64,000 bases of DNA, taken from contig CAXXFK010000026.1 in assembly GCA_963663965.2 (NCBI GenBank), positions 1 through 64,000 of the forward strand. Direction: 5' to 3'. Under the pieces are notes generated by a model. The model was not told the origin of the DNA. It saw only the letters and a list, made by a program, of their open reading frames with translations, and ran no database searches. Positions 11,006 through 21,466 of the stretch are shown in pieces. The stretch comes from Sedimentisphaerales bacterium (lineage in GTDB: Bacteria > Planctomycetota > Phycisphaerae > Sedimentisphaerales > SM23-30). Each line of letters begins with the position of its first letter. Position 1 is the stretch's first letter. Made by a program: the position numbers and the translations under genes.

Positions 11006-12050
11006 AGACCGTATGGCAACGATGGATAAAGCGAGCCAGTTTACTGCCCATGGAAGGCGGTCCGGAAATCCTTTATGATCTGTCTCGCTTTCGAGAGCCG
11101 CCCAGGCGAATCCTGTGCACTACGGTTGCCGGTATGGGAGATTTGATCATGATCGCGCCGGCTATTCAGAGTATTCATGAGCGGTATCCGGAAGCGGAAA
11201 TCAGTTTTCTGGCTCATTATAATCGCGGTGGTCATGAAGTGGCGTCCCCTGATACCGGCGATTGATAAACAGTTCGATCTGGGTTTGCAGAAATATAAAT
11301 TTGCCAGCATTACTTATATGTTTGGGCAATACTGGAAGTTGCTGAAACGGCCTGCGAAAAGAAAAATTCGATCTGGCGATCTGTTTTATGCCCACTTATA
11401 CCCTGCGCTGGGTACTGGCCGGTTTGAATTGCCCCAACTGGATCTATGGCAACAGTTTTCTCGGATTCCCCCTGGACCTGGCCATGAAGCAGTTGGCGTT
11501 ACTGGGGATCGATCAGCCCGCATCGCAACCGGTTTTTAACGTTCCCAGGCCTGAACGGGCAGACCTGATAATCGATCCCGACTGGCCCCGGCCCTGGATT
11601 GGGGTCCATCCCTATGCCGGGTACACCTGGAAACACTGGCCCTGTATGAATGATTTACTGGAACGGCTCAAAAGCTTTCCTGGTACAGTGATTCAGATGG
11701 GCCGCCAGGCAAACGCTTCAGTTTACCCGGTTGGAATTGACCGTATCAATCAGCTGTCGATCCCTGAACTATTCTGGGCAATTGGTCAATGTGATGCCTT
11801 TGTCACGGCGGATTCCGGGCCGATGCATATTGCATTTGCCATGAATGTGCCTACGGTTGCAATGTTTTCCGTCATGAACCCAAAATATCTCGTATCACAG
11901 AAAAATCTCAGCAAACATACAATTTTGTATAAACCCACAGATTTGTCTGAAAGTCCGGTCCATGTTCGCTATAAAAAGAATCTGGATAATATGAAGGCCA
12001 TTACGCTTGATGAAGTTTGGGATCGCTTATCAAAAGTGATTGATTTATAA
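11002..12050 (+). CDS. Glycosyltransferase family 9 (heptosyltransferase-like), two frameshifts
   Basis: GMGDLIM..PAI, KHWP, FVTADSGPMHIAFAMNVPTVAMF. Confidence 0.82.
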
Positions 12051-12728
12051 GTTGCTTTTTTTTGAGTTCAATTTCTATCAGATAGGTTGCGTATTAAAAG
12101 TTAAATATCATCATTGATATAATTTAAAGGATAGTCCATTTTTCTAGTGAAATGGATTAGATTAAGTTTGACTAATGGAGAACAAAATGCTATTATATAG
12201 TAAATGAATAATAAGGGCCGGTAAAATATCAAACACACAAAGACTTAGTTCTTTTAAAATTTAATATCAGTCGAAAGATAGGGCGGCCTAGATTTGGATA
12301 GGTATATCGAACACAAATTCCAATGAAATCCAAACTCCTCAGCTCATGACATTCTTGTTATAATTCTTCTCTTGTCAGCTGCAATCTCCCTAAAAACGAA
12401 ACGAACCAAAACTTAAAAAAACGGAATGTATCTTATTTTAATATATAAGTTTATAACAAATATGCTATTGTAAAATACAACATGCGTATCCCAGCAAACC
12501 GGCCGCTATCATCGAATATTATGTGTACTTATTCCGGTCACATATTCCATGTGGAAAGTTATTCAAAATCTCGAACAATCGAATAACTAATCTAAGGATA
12601 AGTCTATTTGTTAAACCAGGTATAAACAAAACGAAGCCAATTCTACCTATTTTAACATTGTGTAATAACTGTCATAATAAACAATATTACCTTATCTGTC
12701 TATAATACATAATGTTAGGAGCGTTAGC

Positions 12729-13754
12729 TTATTTTTTGATCGCCTCTTTAACCTGTTTGGGCGTGTAGCGGCGGGTGACCTCTTTTTTGAGTTTCAGGGC
12801 GTGTTTAAGGGAGGAAATGGCATTGAGCAGCCAGGCGGTCAACGGCGGGCAGAGGGTTAATATCCGGGCGCCCAGCCGGACATGGGGATCGAATAAGTCA
12901 TTAAAATGCTTGAGGATATAGCGGCTGTCCTCACCGAGGCCATAAAAGATGGTGGTGCGCAGTTTCCGGGTCAGGAATTGCCTGATAAAGGGCAAAAAGT
13001 GATCCAGCATTTCAGCATCCCGAGCCAGTTGCAGATGTCTTCGTGTCAATTCGCATGCATCCCGGCCCCGGGTATCTTGTAATGAGAGTTGGCGGTTCAA
13101 ACCTTTCTGGACATCGAGGTGCATGATCGAGAGCGGCTCGGCCAGGTAGCCCAACTGGGGAAATGCGTAAGCCCCGCGCCACCACATATCCAAATCGGCA
13201 CAGCGCAGCCAGCAGTTGTCAAATAGGCCGGCGCGACTGAACAGGTCACGATGAACCATCATCACCGCGGATATCGGGCTGGGAATGTGGCGCAGGTGGG
13301 CGTCGAAGTAGTTTGGGAAGTATTCCTGTCCGCCCAGAGCGGTCTGAATCAATTGGGGATCGCCGGCGGGTTTCTGGATTTCGCCGTATTTCTGGAAGTA
13401 ATTGGTTTCGCTCCAGCATAACTGCGGATGACGCTGCAAGTGGGCCCATTGGGTTTCAAGTTTATGCGGGAGCCATTCATCGTCATGGTCAAGAAAGGCG
13501 AGCCAATCCCCCCCAGCGGCGGCAATACCGGTATTGCGGGCGGGGCCGTCCCCGGTGTTTTCCTGATGGATATAGCGGACCCGCGGTTCAAACGCTTTGA
13601 CCTGTTGTGCGGTATCATCGGTTGAGCCATCATCCACGACAATGATCTCACGGGGCTGCAAGGTCTGGGCGAAGACACTTTCCAGAGTCCGGACAATGAC
13701 AGAACTGATGTTGTAGGCTGGAATAATTACACTGATATTTTTATTTTGCACCAT
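12729..13754 (-). CDS. Glycosyltransferase family 2
   Basis: SVIIPAYN, IIVVDDGSTD, ARNTGI, FLDHDDEW. Confidence 0.92.
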   Translation of the reverse strand: MVQNKNISVIIPAYNISSVIVRTLESVFAQTLQPREIIVVDDGSTDDTAQQVKAFEPRVRYIHQENTGDGPARNTGIAAAGGDWLAFLDHDDEWLPHKLETQWAHLQRHPQLCWSETNYFQKYGEIQKPAGDPQLIQTALGGQEYFPNYFDAHLRHIPSPISAVMMVHRDLFSRAGLFDNCWLRCADLDMWWRGAYAFPQLGYLAEPLSIMHLDVQKGLNRQLSLQDTRGRDACELTRRHLQLARDAEMLDHFLPFIRQFLTRKLRTTIFYGLGEDSRYILKHFNDLFDPHVRLGARILTLCPPLTAWLLNAISSLKHALKLKKEVTRRYTPKQVKEAIKK

Positions 13755-13778
13755 AAGGATTTGCTTCTATAAGGAGCG

Positions 13779-14852
13779 TCAGGGCTTGTCGGATTTTTGA
13801 TCCGGCAGTTGATTCAAGGAACCGCACGATTCTGGATTGACTGTATCCGGATTATCCTGGCGGACAATCTGTTTACGAAATTTAAATGTGCGGTTAATCC
13901 AGGATAGTATCCGGCAGCCCAGCAGGGTTAGTGGTGGATAGATAGTTAATATCCAGGCCAGGCGGGCAAACCGCCCGGTCAGGTATGGGCGATATTTATG
14001 CAAGATATGACGTATATTCGTTTTGTCGCCTTGAAAAATCATACCGCGCATCCGGCTGGTGAGCAAATAACGCACACAAGGCGCCAATTGATCGAGTTGG
14101 TGACAGGATATGGCCAATTCGATATGATGGTCCAAAAAATCATAGAAGATGGTCTGGTTCTGATATTTGCGGGTAATACTCTGGGCCACATCCAGATGAT
14201 AAATTCCCAGCGGGTGGTTGATAAAGCCGATTTCAGGGTAGCGATAGGCGATGCGAAACCATAGTTCAATATCGTTGTACCGGGGTAGGCCGACCTTGAA
14301 CATGCCGACCTCTTCCAGGATGTCTCTGCGGATAATGAATGTACCGGTCCAACTGAATACCTGATGACTACAGGCAAAGAAATAGCTGGGAAACGAGGTC
14401 TGGCCGTGAAGCAACTTGTCGACATGGGCCGGGTCGTGGCCGAGGGCGCGATAGTTTTCGTTACAGGAACAGAGTAGATAATTGGCCATGAACCAGACCA
14501 GATCGGGGCGATTGCGGATGGCCGATTCATGTTGGGCCAGGGTGTCAGGCAGCCATTCGTCGTCACCGTCGAGAAAGGCGATCCATTGGGAACTGGCGGC
14601 TTTGATACCCGCGTTACGGGCGGCGCTGGCGCCGGCGTTGGCCTGATGGAGATAACGTACCTGTGAGCCGAAAGATTGAACAACCTCAGCAGTGTTGTCG
14701 GTAGAGCCATCATCGACTACGATGATTTCATCCGCCGGCCGGGTCTGGTTGATAACACTTTGGAGCGTACGGGCAATGAACCTGCCGGCGTTCCACGCGG
14801 GGATGACCGCGGTGATCGTAATGGGAGATTTTGAATGGGCTGGTGAACTCAT
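13779..14852 (-). CDS. Glycosyltransferase family 2
   Basis: VIPAWN, VVDDGSTD, ARNAGI, FLDGDDEW. Confidence 0.92.
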   Translation of the reverse strand: MSSPAHSKSPITITAVIPAWNAGRFIARTLQSVINQTRPADEIIVVDDGSTDNTAEVVQSFGSQVRYLHQANAGASAARNAGIKAASSQWIAFLDGDDEWLPDTLAQHESAIRNRPDLVWFMANYLLCSCNENYRALGHDPAHVDKLLHGQTSFPSYFFACSHQVFSWTGTFIIRRDILEEVGMFKVGLPRYNDIELWFRIAYRYPEIGFINHPLGIYHLDVAQSITRKYQNQTIFYDFLDHHIELAISCHQLDQLAPCVRYLLTSRMRGMIFQGDKTNIRHILHKYRPYLTGRFARLAWILTIYPPLTLLGCRILSWINRTFKFRKQIVRQDNPDTVNPESCGSLNQLPDQKSDKP

Positions 14853-15826
14853 TGTGAAAGCCCCAATAAGCGTCTGATGGCCATTTTAAAACGCACCCAA
14901 CCCGGCATAAACGGGCTGAAAAGGATATCGCGTTGGCACTGCCGGTATAATTGCTGAACGCGGGATGATTGCGCCCGTGCTGCACCGGGAAATTGTTGCA
15001 GAAACGAGACTGCCTCAGATTTCCGCCCCTGACGGGCATAATAGCGGGCCCGATGGATGGCCAGGTAATCGATGACCTGGGCCATGCAATCCCGCTGGGA
15101 TCCCTGACAGTAATTCAGAATGACATCGGGATTCTTCAGGTGGGGCGGGAGCGGTTTTTCGGTCATATGCGACAGTTCGCTGTCCGAGCGATAATGGCAG
15201 GCGCCAATCTGCGGGATGATTAGAAAAGGTTCGTTGATTCCCAACCGCATAAAAAATACCGTATCTTCCGCGTAACGGCAGCCATTTTCATAATAACCAC
15301 CGTATTTAAGCGCGCGGTCCCGTTTGACGAGGGTTGTGCCGACATGCATAAAGCTCAGTAGCGCTTCGACTTGAACGGGATCTTCACGGCCAGTCAGGTG
15401 GTAGCATCCCGCTTCGACACCTTTATTTTTCCAGAATGCCGTCATATTCATGCCTGATGGCTGCTCATCATAAAAAGAAGCAACCATCGTAACCTCATTC
15501 TGGTCAAATGGCTGTAAGCCATTATGCAAATAATCGGGATACCAGGCGTCATCACCATCAAGAAAAGCCACATACGGGGCCGTGGCCGCGCGAATGCCGT
15601 TATTACGCGCTGTGCCAGGCCCTTGATTAGGTTGAGTGAGGCAATCGATGCGGGGATCGTTTTGCTGAAATTGTTTTACGATGTCGGCGCTGGAATCGGT
15701 TGAACCATCATCCACAACAATTAAACGCCAGTTCTGGTGGGTCTGGGCCTGAATCGATTGGATGGCCCGGCCGATGGTGGCGGCTTTATTGTATAGCGGA
15801 ATGACTATGTCGATAGGGCTGGTCAT
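14849..15826 (-). CDS. Glycosyltransferase family 2
   Basis: IVIPLYN, VVDDGSTD, ARNNGI, FLDGDD; likely ATG start (MTSPID) at 15826. Confidence 0.9.
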   Translation of the reverse strand: MTSPIDIVIPLYNKAATIGRAIQSIQAQTHQNWRLIVVDDGSTDSSADIVKQFQQNDPRIDCLTQPNQGPGTARNNGIRAATAPYVAFLDGDDAWYPDYLHNGLQPFDQNEVTMVASFYDEQPSGMNMTAFWKNKGVEAGCYHLTGREDPVQVEALLSFMHVGTTLVKRDRALKYGGYYENGCRYAEDTVFFMRLGINEPFLIIPQIGACHYRSDSELSHMTEKPLPPHLKNPDVILNYCQGSQRDCMAQVIDYLAIHRARYYARQGRKSEAVSFLQQFPGAARAQSSRVQQLYRQCQRDILFSPFMPGWVRFKMAIRRLLGLSQ

Positions 15827-16032
15827 TAAAAAGTTGGATTGAATGCAAATTGACAACAAATTTAAAAAATGGTTTAACTCATTACATGCCTTACTCTTAT
15901 CGAGTAAAATCAGGGGCCGGTTGAGATTATCATATTACTGCCGGTATTTCAAATCCAATTTTTTTGCCGTTATGTCCGATAATACCCGCCTGATGGTTCA
16001 TTGTACTTGAAAAAATTGAGATCATATAATAG

Positions 16033-16182
16033 ACTGAACTGAATGATTTTCATGCTATCGCCCAGTACTGGCTGGTGAATAGTGACCATGATGATATTAA
16101 TCAGTCTGGTCTTGTGGATATGACTGATTTGGATGTATTAACTAACTTGTGGATACATACTGCGTTATGGTGTAACGAATAG
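16033..16182 (+). pseudogene. Orphan dockerin-like (EF-hand) C-terminal fragment with no N-terminal start codon
   Basis: Open frame TELNDFHAIAQYWLVNSDHDDINQSGLVDMTDLDVLTNLWIHTALWCNE*, preceded by in-frame TAG at 16030. Confidence 0.65.
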
Positions 16183-16207
16183 GCTTTCACATAATATTGT
16201 TCATATT

Positions 16208-16570
16208 ATGCCTGAGGCACCAATTGTAATTCCTGAACCTGAAGTGATTCCTGATCTGGATCCATTTACCGAGCCGGATACGGATGATGAGGTGAAATTG
16301 CAACCACCTTACGGTGTGATTTTGCACAATGATCCTGTTAATGGGATGGACTATGTGGTGGGAGTTTTAAAGAAGATATTTCGCTATTCAACAGTCAAAG
16401 CGATTGCTTTGATGTTGCAATGTCATTTCACCGGACGGAGTCTTATTTTTTCCGGGAGTTTTGAAGTCGCCGAGTTTAAGGCCGATCAAGTGAGATCCTG
16501 TGGACCTGATCCGGCAAAGAAACATCAAGGGGCAACGGTTTTAAGTGTCTCGGTCGAACCGTTAGGTTAG
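16208..16570 (+). CDS. clpS: ATP-dependent Clp protease adaptor ClpS
   Basis: PPYGVILHND..N.MDYVV.VL..IF, A..LML.CH..G, E.AE.K. Confidence 0.85.
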   Translation: MPEAPIVIPEPEVIPDLDPFTEPDTDDEVKLQPPYGVILHNDPVNGMDYVVGVLKKIFRYSTVKAIALMLQCHFTGRSLIFSGSFEVAEFKADQVRSCGPDPAKKHQGATVLSVSVEPLG

Positions 16571-16589
16571 TATCGTTAATTGCTTCAGG

Positions 16590-18527
16590 TTATTTTTTCA
16601 AATACTCCATTCGCAACTGGACAACGTTATTTTTACTTATTGGGGTATTTTTAAGTGTTTCAAAGTAGTCCTGTAAATCAAAAGCATATCCTGGTTTGCC
16701 ATCTTGCAGCAGGGTGACCGAGTTCAGTATTAAGCCTACTTCACAAGCATCCTGGCTGCGCTGGAGGGCCTGGGTTATATATGCGCGGGGATCGCCCAGA
16801 CCGGTCAAACCTAAGAATTCTGCCGCGCGTATCCGGACCAGATTGGAGGGATCGGATTCGGCTATTTCCCGGGCCCGGCTAAGAAATTGTTTCGCCTGAT
16901 TACCAAAGGTGGAGCAAACAATTAAGCCCCAATAGCGTTTCAAGGCATTGGTCGAATCAAGCGTTTGTTTGAGTTCTGATTGGATGGCGGCAAAGGGTTG
17001 CAAACTTAAATCCGCGATATCAATTAATTGGGCGATCATTTTTCTATTCTGCTGACCATAGGCTACCGGATTATCCATCGCTTCAGCCAGCATGATGGGT
17101 TCTGGGATGAAGCTTAGATCCGGCATGGACTTGACCTGCTGTTGCATTAACTGACGCATCTTCATCAGGATTTCGGCGTAAGCTGGATCTCCGGCCAGGT
17201 TGTTAACTTCGTCGGGATCGGATTCCAGGTCAACCAAGCATTCGGCCGGGCGCGGCTCGAAAAACTGTTTTTGTTTATCATTCAGTTTTCCAGCCAGGTA
17301 AAGTTCTCGCCATTCCTGGTAGGCGGGCTGGATATAGCGGTATCGGTTGTATAAACCGTCAAAATTGAAAGGCTGATAGTTGCGCGTGTAATAGTAGCGG
17401 CCTTTTCTGATAGAGCGAACCAGATCATATTTTTCATCGAACCGGTCGGCATAACCAAAGCAGGTATCGCGCTTATTCAGTTCGCTCAATTGAATCCCAC
17501 GGCCGAGAAAGGGACGGCCATCGATTCCATTTGGCAGGGGAATGCCTGCCAGATTGAGGACTGTTGCTGACAGATCGATAAACTGGACAAAGCCATCAAT
17601 CCGGCTACCGGGGGGACAAGGCGCCAGATGCTGCCAGTTTTTGGGGATGTAAACTACCATGGGAATCTGGATGCCGTTATTTGAGGCATAGCCTTTACTG
17701 CGGGGGAGAATACCCCCATTATCGCCATAAAAAAAGATAAAGGTGTCATCCAGGACGCCGTCAGCGCGTAATTGTTCGATAAACTGGCCTAATTGCTGGT
17801 CGACCTCCGTTTGTCGGTCGAGATATCTGGCGTAAGCGTGTCGAAAAGCCGGGGTATCCGGGTGATAGGCCGCCAGTTTTACCGTGTCCGGATTGGTTTT
17901 GGTTTCATCATAGTAGCCATTTTTATTCGTTGGATGTAAGCAGCTTTCATGAGTATAGGTGTAATTCTGGACATGAAAGAAAGGCTGGCCGGTCTTACGA
18001 TTTTGATAGCTGGCTTTATTGGAGGAGGCATCCCAGACACCTTGTTTTTCTGATGGGATAAAGTTGTAGTCTTCTTTGCTGCAATTGGTGGTATAGTATC
18101 CGGCCTGCCTGAGGTAATAGGGGAACATTTTGATCCCGGCGGGCAGGGGGGCTGCGGCTTCCCGGCGATGATACTGTACACCCAACCGTGGAGCATAACA
18201 TCCTGAGATAATGGTGCTGCGGGCTACTGAACAGACCGGTGCGTTGGAATAGGCATTATTAAATACGATGCCCTGTTCGGCAAGCCGCTCTATGTTTGGC
18301 ATTGGGGCGCCATGCTCATGGTACAAGCGCAGCCAGTGGGCGGAATTATCTTCGGTGACCAGCCAGACGATATTGGGCCGATCCACCGCCCAGACAGTAC
18401 CAGGCAGGCACAACAAGCCTGTTGCCAACAGGATAATTACTGAGGCTAATTGGTTAAAGCAAGAGTTGTTCTTATATAGCTTGTTTATATTTAATGATAC
18501 GAATCTCGATAAATAATTTGTATTCAT
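16590..18527 (-). CDS. Secreted S1 sulfatase with C-terminal HEAT-like extension
   Basis: RPNIVWLVTED, NAPVCSVARSTIISG formylglycine motif (CxVxR variant), GDNG. Confidence 0.88.
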   Translation of the reverse strand: MNTNYLSRFVSLNINKLYKNNSCFNQLASVIILLATGLLCLPGTVWAVDRPNIVWLVTEDNSAHWLRLYHEHGAPMPNIERLAEQGIVFNNAYSNAPVCSVARSTIISGCYAPRLGVQYHRREAAAPLPAGIKMFPYYLRQAGYYTTNCSKEDYNFIPSEKQGVWDASSNKASYQNRKTGQPFFHVQNYTYTHESCLHPTNKNGYYDETKTNPDTVKLAAYHPDTPAFRHAYARYLDRQTEVDQQLGQFIEQLRADGVLDDTFIFFYGDNGGILPRSKGYASNNGIQIPMVVYIPKNWQHLAPCPPGSRIDGFVQFIDLSATVLNLAGIPLPNGIDGRPFLGRGIQLSELNKRDTCFGYADRFDEKYDLVRSIRKGRYYYTRNYQPFNFDGLYNRYRYIQPAYQEWRELYLAGKLNDKQKQFFEPRPAECLVDLESDPDEVNNLAGDPAYAEILMKMRQLMQQQVKSMPDLSFIPEPIMLAEAMDNPVAYGQQNRKMIAQLIDIADLSLQPFAAIQSELKQTLDSTNALKRYWGLIVCSTFGNQAKQFLSRAREIAESDPSNLVRIRAAEFLGLTGLGDPRAYITQALQRSQDACEVGLILNSVTLLQDGKPGYAFDLQDYFETLKNTPISKNNVVQLRMEYLKK

Positions 18528-18759
18528 GAATAACTCCAGATAGTATTTGATTCAGCCGGTTCAATTGGGCCTCAGCTATTGGTAAACGGTTTCTAACTGA
18601 TAAATCTTGCGGAGTCAACGAGTTGTTTTTGGCTCTGGGACACAAAACCTATGATATCTGTGAAATGATGTTTAATTGACTAGAGGAAAAAATCGGGGGT
18701 GAGAAGTTCGACTGGCCTGAAGGAACAAGTCATAAACCCATGTCTGATAAGGATTTTCG

Positions 18760-18789
18760 TTGACACAAGGTGTGTGGCTGAGTTATGAT
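18760..18789 (+). promoter_or_regulatory. Putative sigma70 promoter of gltX
   Basis: TTGACA-N18-TATGAT, 36 nt upstream of the ATG. Confidence 0.5.
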
Positions 18790-18825
18790 CTGGCATTTAG
18801 CGAAAATTAATTGGAGACCTAATCC

Positions 18826-20472
18826 ATGGTAGTTACACGATTTGCACCGTCCCCGACAGGTTATTTACATATTGGCGGGGCAAGAACCGCATTGTTTTGC
18901 TGGTTGTTGGCCCGGCATAATGGCGGGAAGTTTCTTTTAAGAATTGAGGATACTGATCAGAAGCGCAATACCCCCACCGCGGCCGCTCAGGTAATGGCGG
19001 ATTTGCGTTGGCTGGGAATCGAATGGGATGAAGGGCCGGAAGTGGGTGGTCCGAACGGGCCCTATAGCCAATCTGAGAGGCTTGATATCTATCAGATCTA
19101 TATGCAACAGCTACTTAATAGCGGCAAGGCGTATTATTGTTTCGATACGGCGGAAGAACTGGATGCCATGCGCCAGGAGGCGATAGCACGTAAAGAGACT
19201 TTTTCCTATAACCGTCCAGAGGTATTTCCGACGACTGAAGAAGTTGAGCAGGCCCGTGCCGAGGGGCGACCGGTGATTGTACGATTTGCAGTGCCGCAGA
19301 ATCGGGATATTGTAGTGAAGGATATAATCCGCGGCGAGGTGACTTTTGCGGCCGGCCAGGTGGGCGATTTTGTGATCCAGAAATCCGATGGTTTCCCCAC
19401 GTATCATTTTGCGTGTGTGGTGGATGATGAATTAATGGGAGTGACTCATGTCCTGCGCGGTCAGGAACACCTGATGAATACGCCCGGTCATATGATGCTG
19501 CAGGAAGGGTTGGGATTCCGCACTCCGGTCTATGCCCATATGTCGGTCACGGTAAGTGAAGGCGGGGGTAAGCTTTCCAAGCGCGACCGGGCGAAAACCC
19601 TCAAAAAGGCAATTGAATCGGGTAGTTCGATCGATCTGGATAAGTTATCCGAAGCGGGCGGATTGTCACGCACTGAACTAGATACATTTCTAGCAGGTGA
19701 TAGCACACCGGATGCCCCGCAAGTGTCCGCAATGGCTGAGTATCTGCATATTCATCTACCGGAAATTAATGTAGTTGATTTCCAGCAGAGCGGTTATATT
19801 CCGGAAGCCATGGTGAATTTTATTGCCTTGCTGGGCTGGTCTGCCGCCGATGGCAGGGAGATTATGACGGTGGATGAACTGATTGGGGCGTTTGATCCGA
19901 ACCGTCTGAACAAGACCAACAGTCTGTTTGACCGCCAGAAGCTGGTTGCCTTCAATACCGAACACATGAAGCTGGTCGATCCAGATAAGCTGCTGGGGTA
20001 TTTTAAGAATTATCTTCATCTGAATGAGTCGCCCATGGCGAATAACGATGATATAACCCTGGCTCATATTCTTAAGGCTTGTGCCGGAGCCCGGACTCTG
20101 GCGGATGTGGAAGCAAAGTGCGGGTTTCTGATGATCGATCAGGTGGAGTTCGATCCCAAGGCGGTCCAGAAGGTTCTGCGCAAGGAGGGCGTAGAAGTTG
20201 TTTTGCGGGATATTCATACATTATTAGCTAACCTGGCAGACTGGAACGTCGAAGCTGTTGAAACGGCAATCACCGATTATTGTCAGGCGAAAGAGTTGGG
20301 TATGGGTAAAGTGGCCCAGCCCATACGGGTGGCCATTACTGGCAGTACAGTAAGTCCGGGGATTGGTGACAGTTTGATTCTGCTGGGTAGAGAAGAAACG
20401 CTGAGGGCGGATTCAAAATGCAATAGATTTTATCCAAATGAATCCATGATCGTAGCGATGCCGACAGCGTAA
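18826..20472 (+). CDS. gltX: Glutamate--tRNA ligase with an inserted HTH-like domain; true stop probably 20449 after correcting one inserted G near 20405
   Basis: TRFAPSPTGYLHIGGART (HIGH), LRIEDTD, KLSKR (KMSKS), VAQPIRVAITG..SP. Confidence 0.96.
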   Translation: MVVTRFAPSPTGYLHIGGARTALFCWLLARHNGGKFLLRIEDTDQKRNTPTAAAQVMADLRWLGIEWDEGPEVGGPNGPYSQSERLDIYQIYMQQLLNSGKAYYCFDTAEELDAMRQEAIARKETFSYNRPEVFPTTEEVEQARAEGRPVIVRFAVPQNRDIVVKDIIRGEVTFAAGQVGDFVIQKSDGFPTYHFACVVDDELMGVTHVLRGQEHLMNTPGHMMLQEGLGFRTPVYAHMSVTVSEGGGKLSKRDRAKTLKKAIESGSSIDLDKLSEAGGLSRTELDTFLAGDSTPDAPQVSAMAEYLHIHLPEINVVDFQQSGYIPEAMVNFIALLGWSAADGREIMTVDELIGAFDPNRLNKTNSLFDRQKLVAFNTEHMKLVDPDKLLGYFKNYLHLNESPMANNDDITLAHILKACAGARTLADVEAKCGFLMIDQVEFDPKAVQKVLRKEGVEVVLRDIHTLLANLADWNVEAVETAITDYCQAKELGMGKVAQPIRVAITGSTVSPGIGDSLILLGREETLRADSKCNRFYPNESMIVAMPTA

Positions 20473-20497
20473 AAAATTATTTATTGAGGTATTTGAA

Positions 20498-21415
20498 ATG
20501 TCTTTACTAGTTACTGGTTCAATAGGTATCGATACGGTTCGTTCGCCTTTTGGCGAAAGCGTTGATTGTCTGGGCGGTTCGGTCACTTATTTCAGTATGG
20601 CGGCGAGTTTTTTTACCCGTGTGCGATTTATGGGCGTGGTGGGCGAGGATTGCCCCGTTCGATCTGCACGAACTGTACGCCGGGCGGGATGTCGATCTGG
20701 AGGGGCTGGAAGTCCGCAAGGGCAGCAAGACTTTTCGCTGGGGCCGGGAACCTATCAGGCCAATATGAATATCCGTAATACGGACAGTGTGGAATTGAAT
20801 GTGCTGGCTGAGGCTCCGCCGGTCATGCCCGAGAAGCTATAAGGACAGCCGCTATGCTTTTCTGGCCAATACGCATCCGGCGCTGCAAATGCAATTGCTG
20901 GAACAGTTGAGCGATCCGAGGTTTGGTCGTGGCCGATACGATGGATTTGTGGATCAATAATGAGCTGGATACTTTAAAACAGCTCATCAGTAAGATTCAG
21001 GGGCTGGTGCGTGAACGAATGAAGAGGCGGTGATGATTACGGGCAAATACAACCTGGTGGCGGCCGCGCTGGAACCTGGTGAAGATGGGGCCGGAATTTG
21101 TAGTGCTAAAAAAGGGTGAGCATGGCGCGCTGCTGGTGACGCGACAGGACGAGCCGGTTTGTGCTGCCGGCCTATCCGACGGCCGAAGTGGTCGATCCAA
21201 CCGGCGCCGGCGATACCTTTGCCGGGGGGATGATGGGCTATCTGGCGGCCTGTTGATCGGATCGATCTGGAAACATTGAAAAAGGCCAGTCGCCTATGGC
21301 ACCAGTACGGCGTCCTTGGTGATCGAAGGCTTTTCGCTCAATCGCTGGCAGACGGCCGGCCGCGATGCAATAGAATCGCGCCCTGGTTGAGTTAAGATCT
21401 ATGATGCAGTTTTGA
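20498..21415 (+). CDS. PfkB-family carbohydrate kinase, several frameshifts
   Basis: MSLLVTGSIGID, LGGS, VLKKGEHGA; VVDPTGAGDTFAGG readable at ~21188-21230. Confidence 0.8.
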
Positions 21416-21466
21416 GACGTTAATCTGGTTTCACCTAATAAAAATAGTAGAACGGAGACCAAAGTA

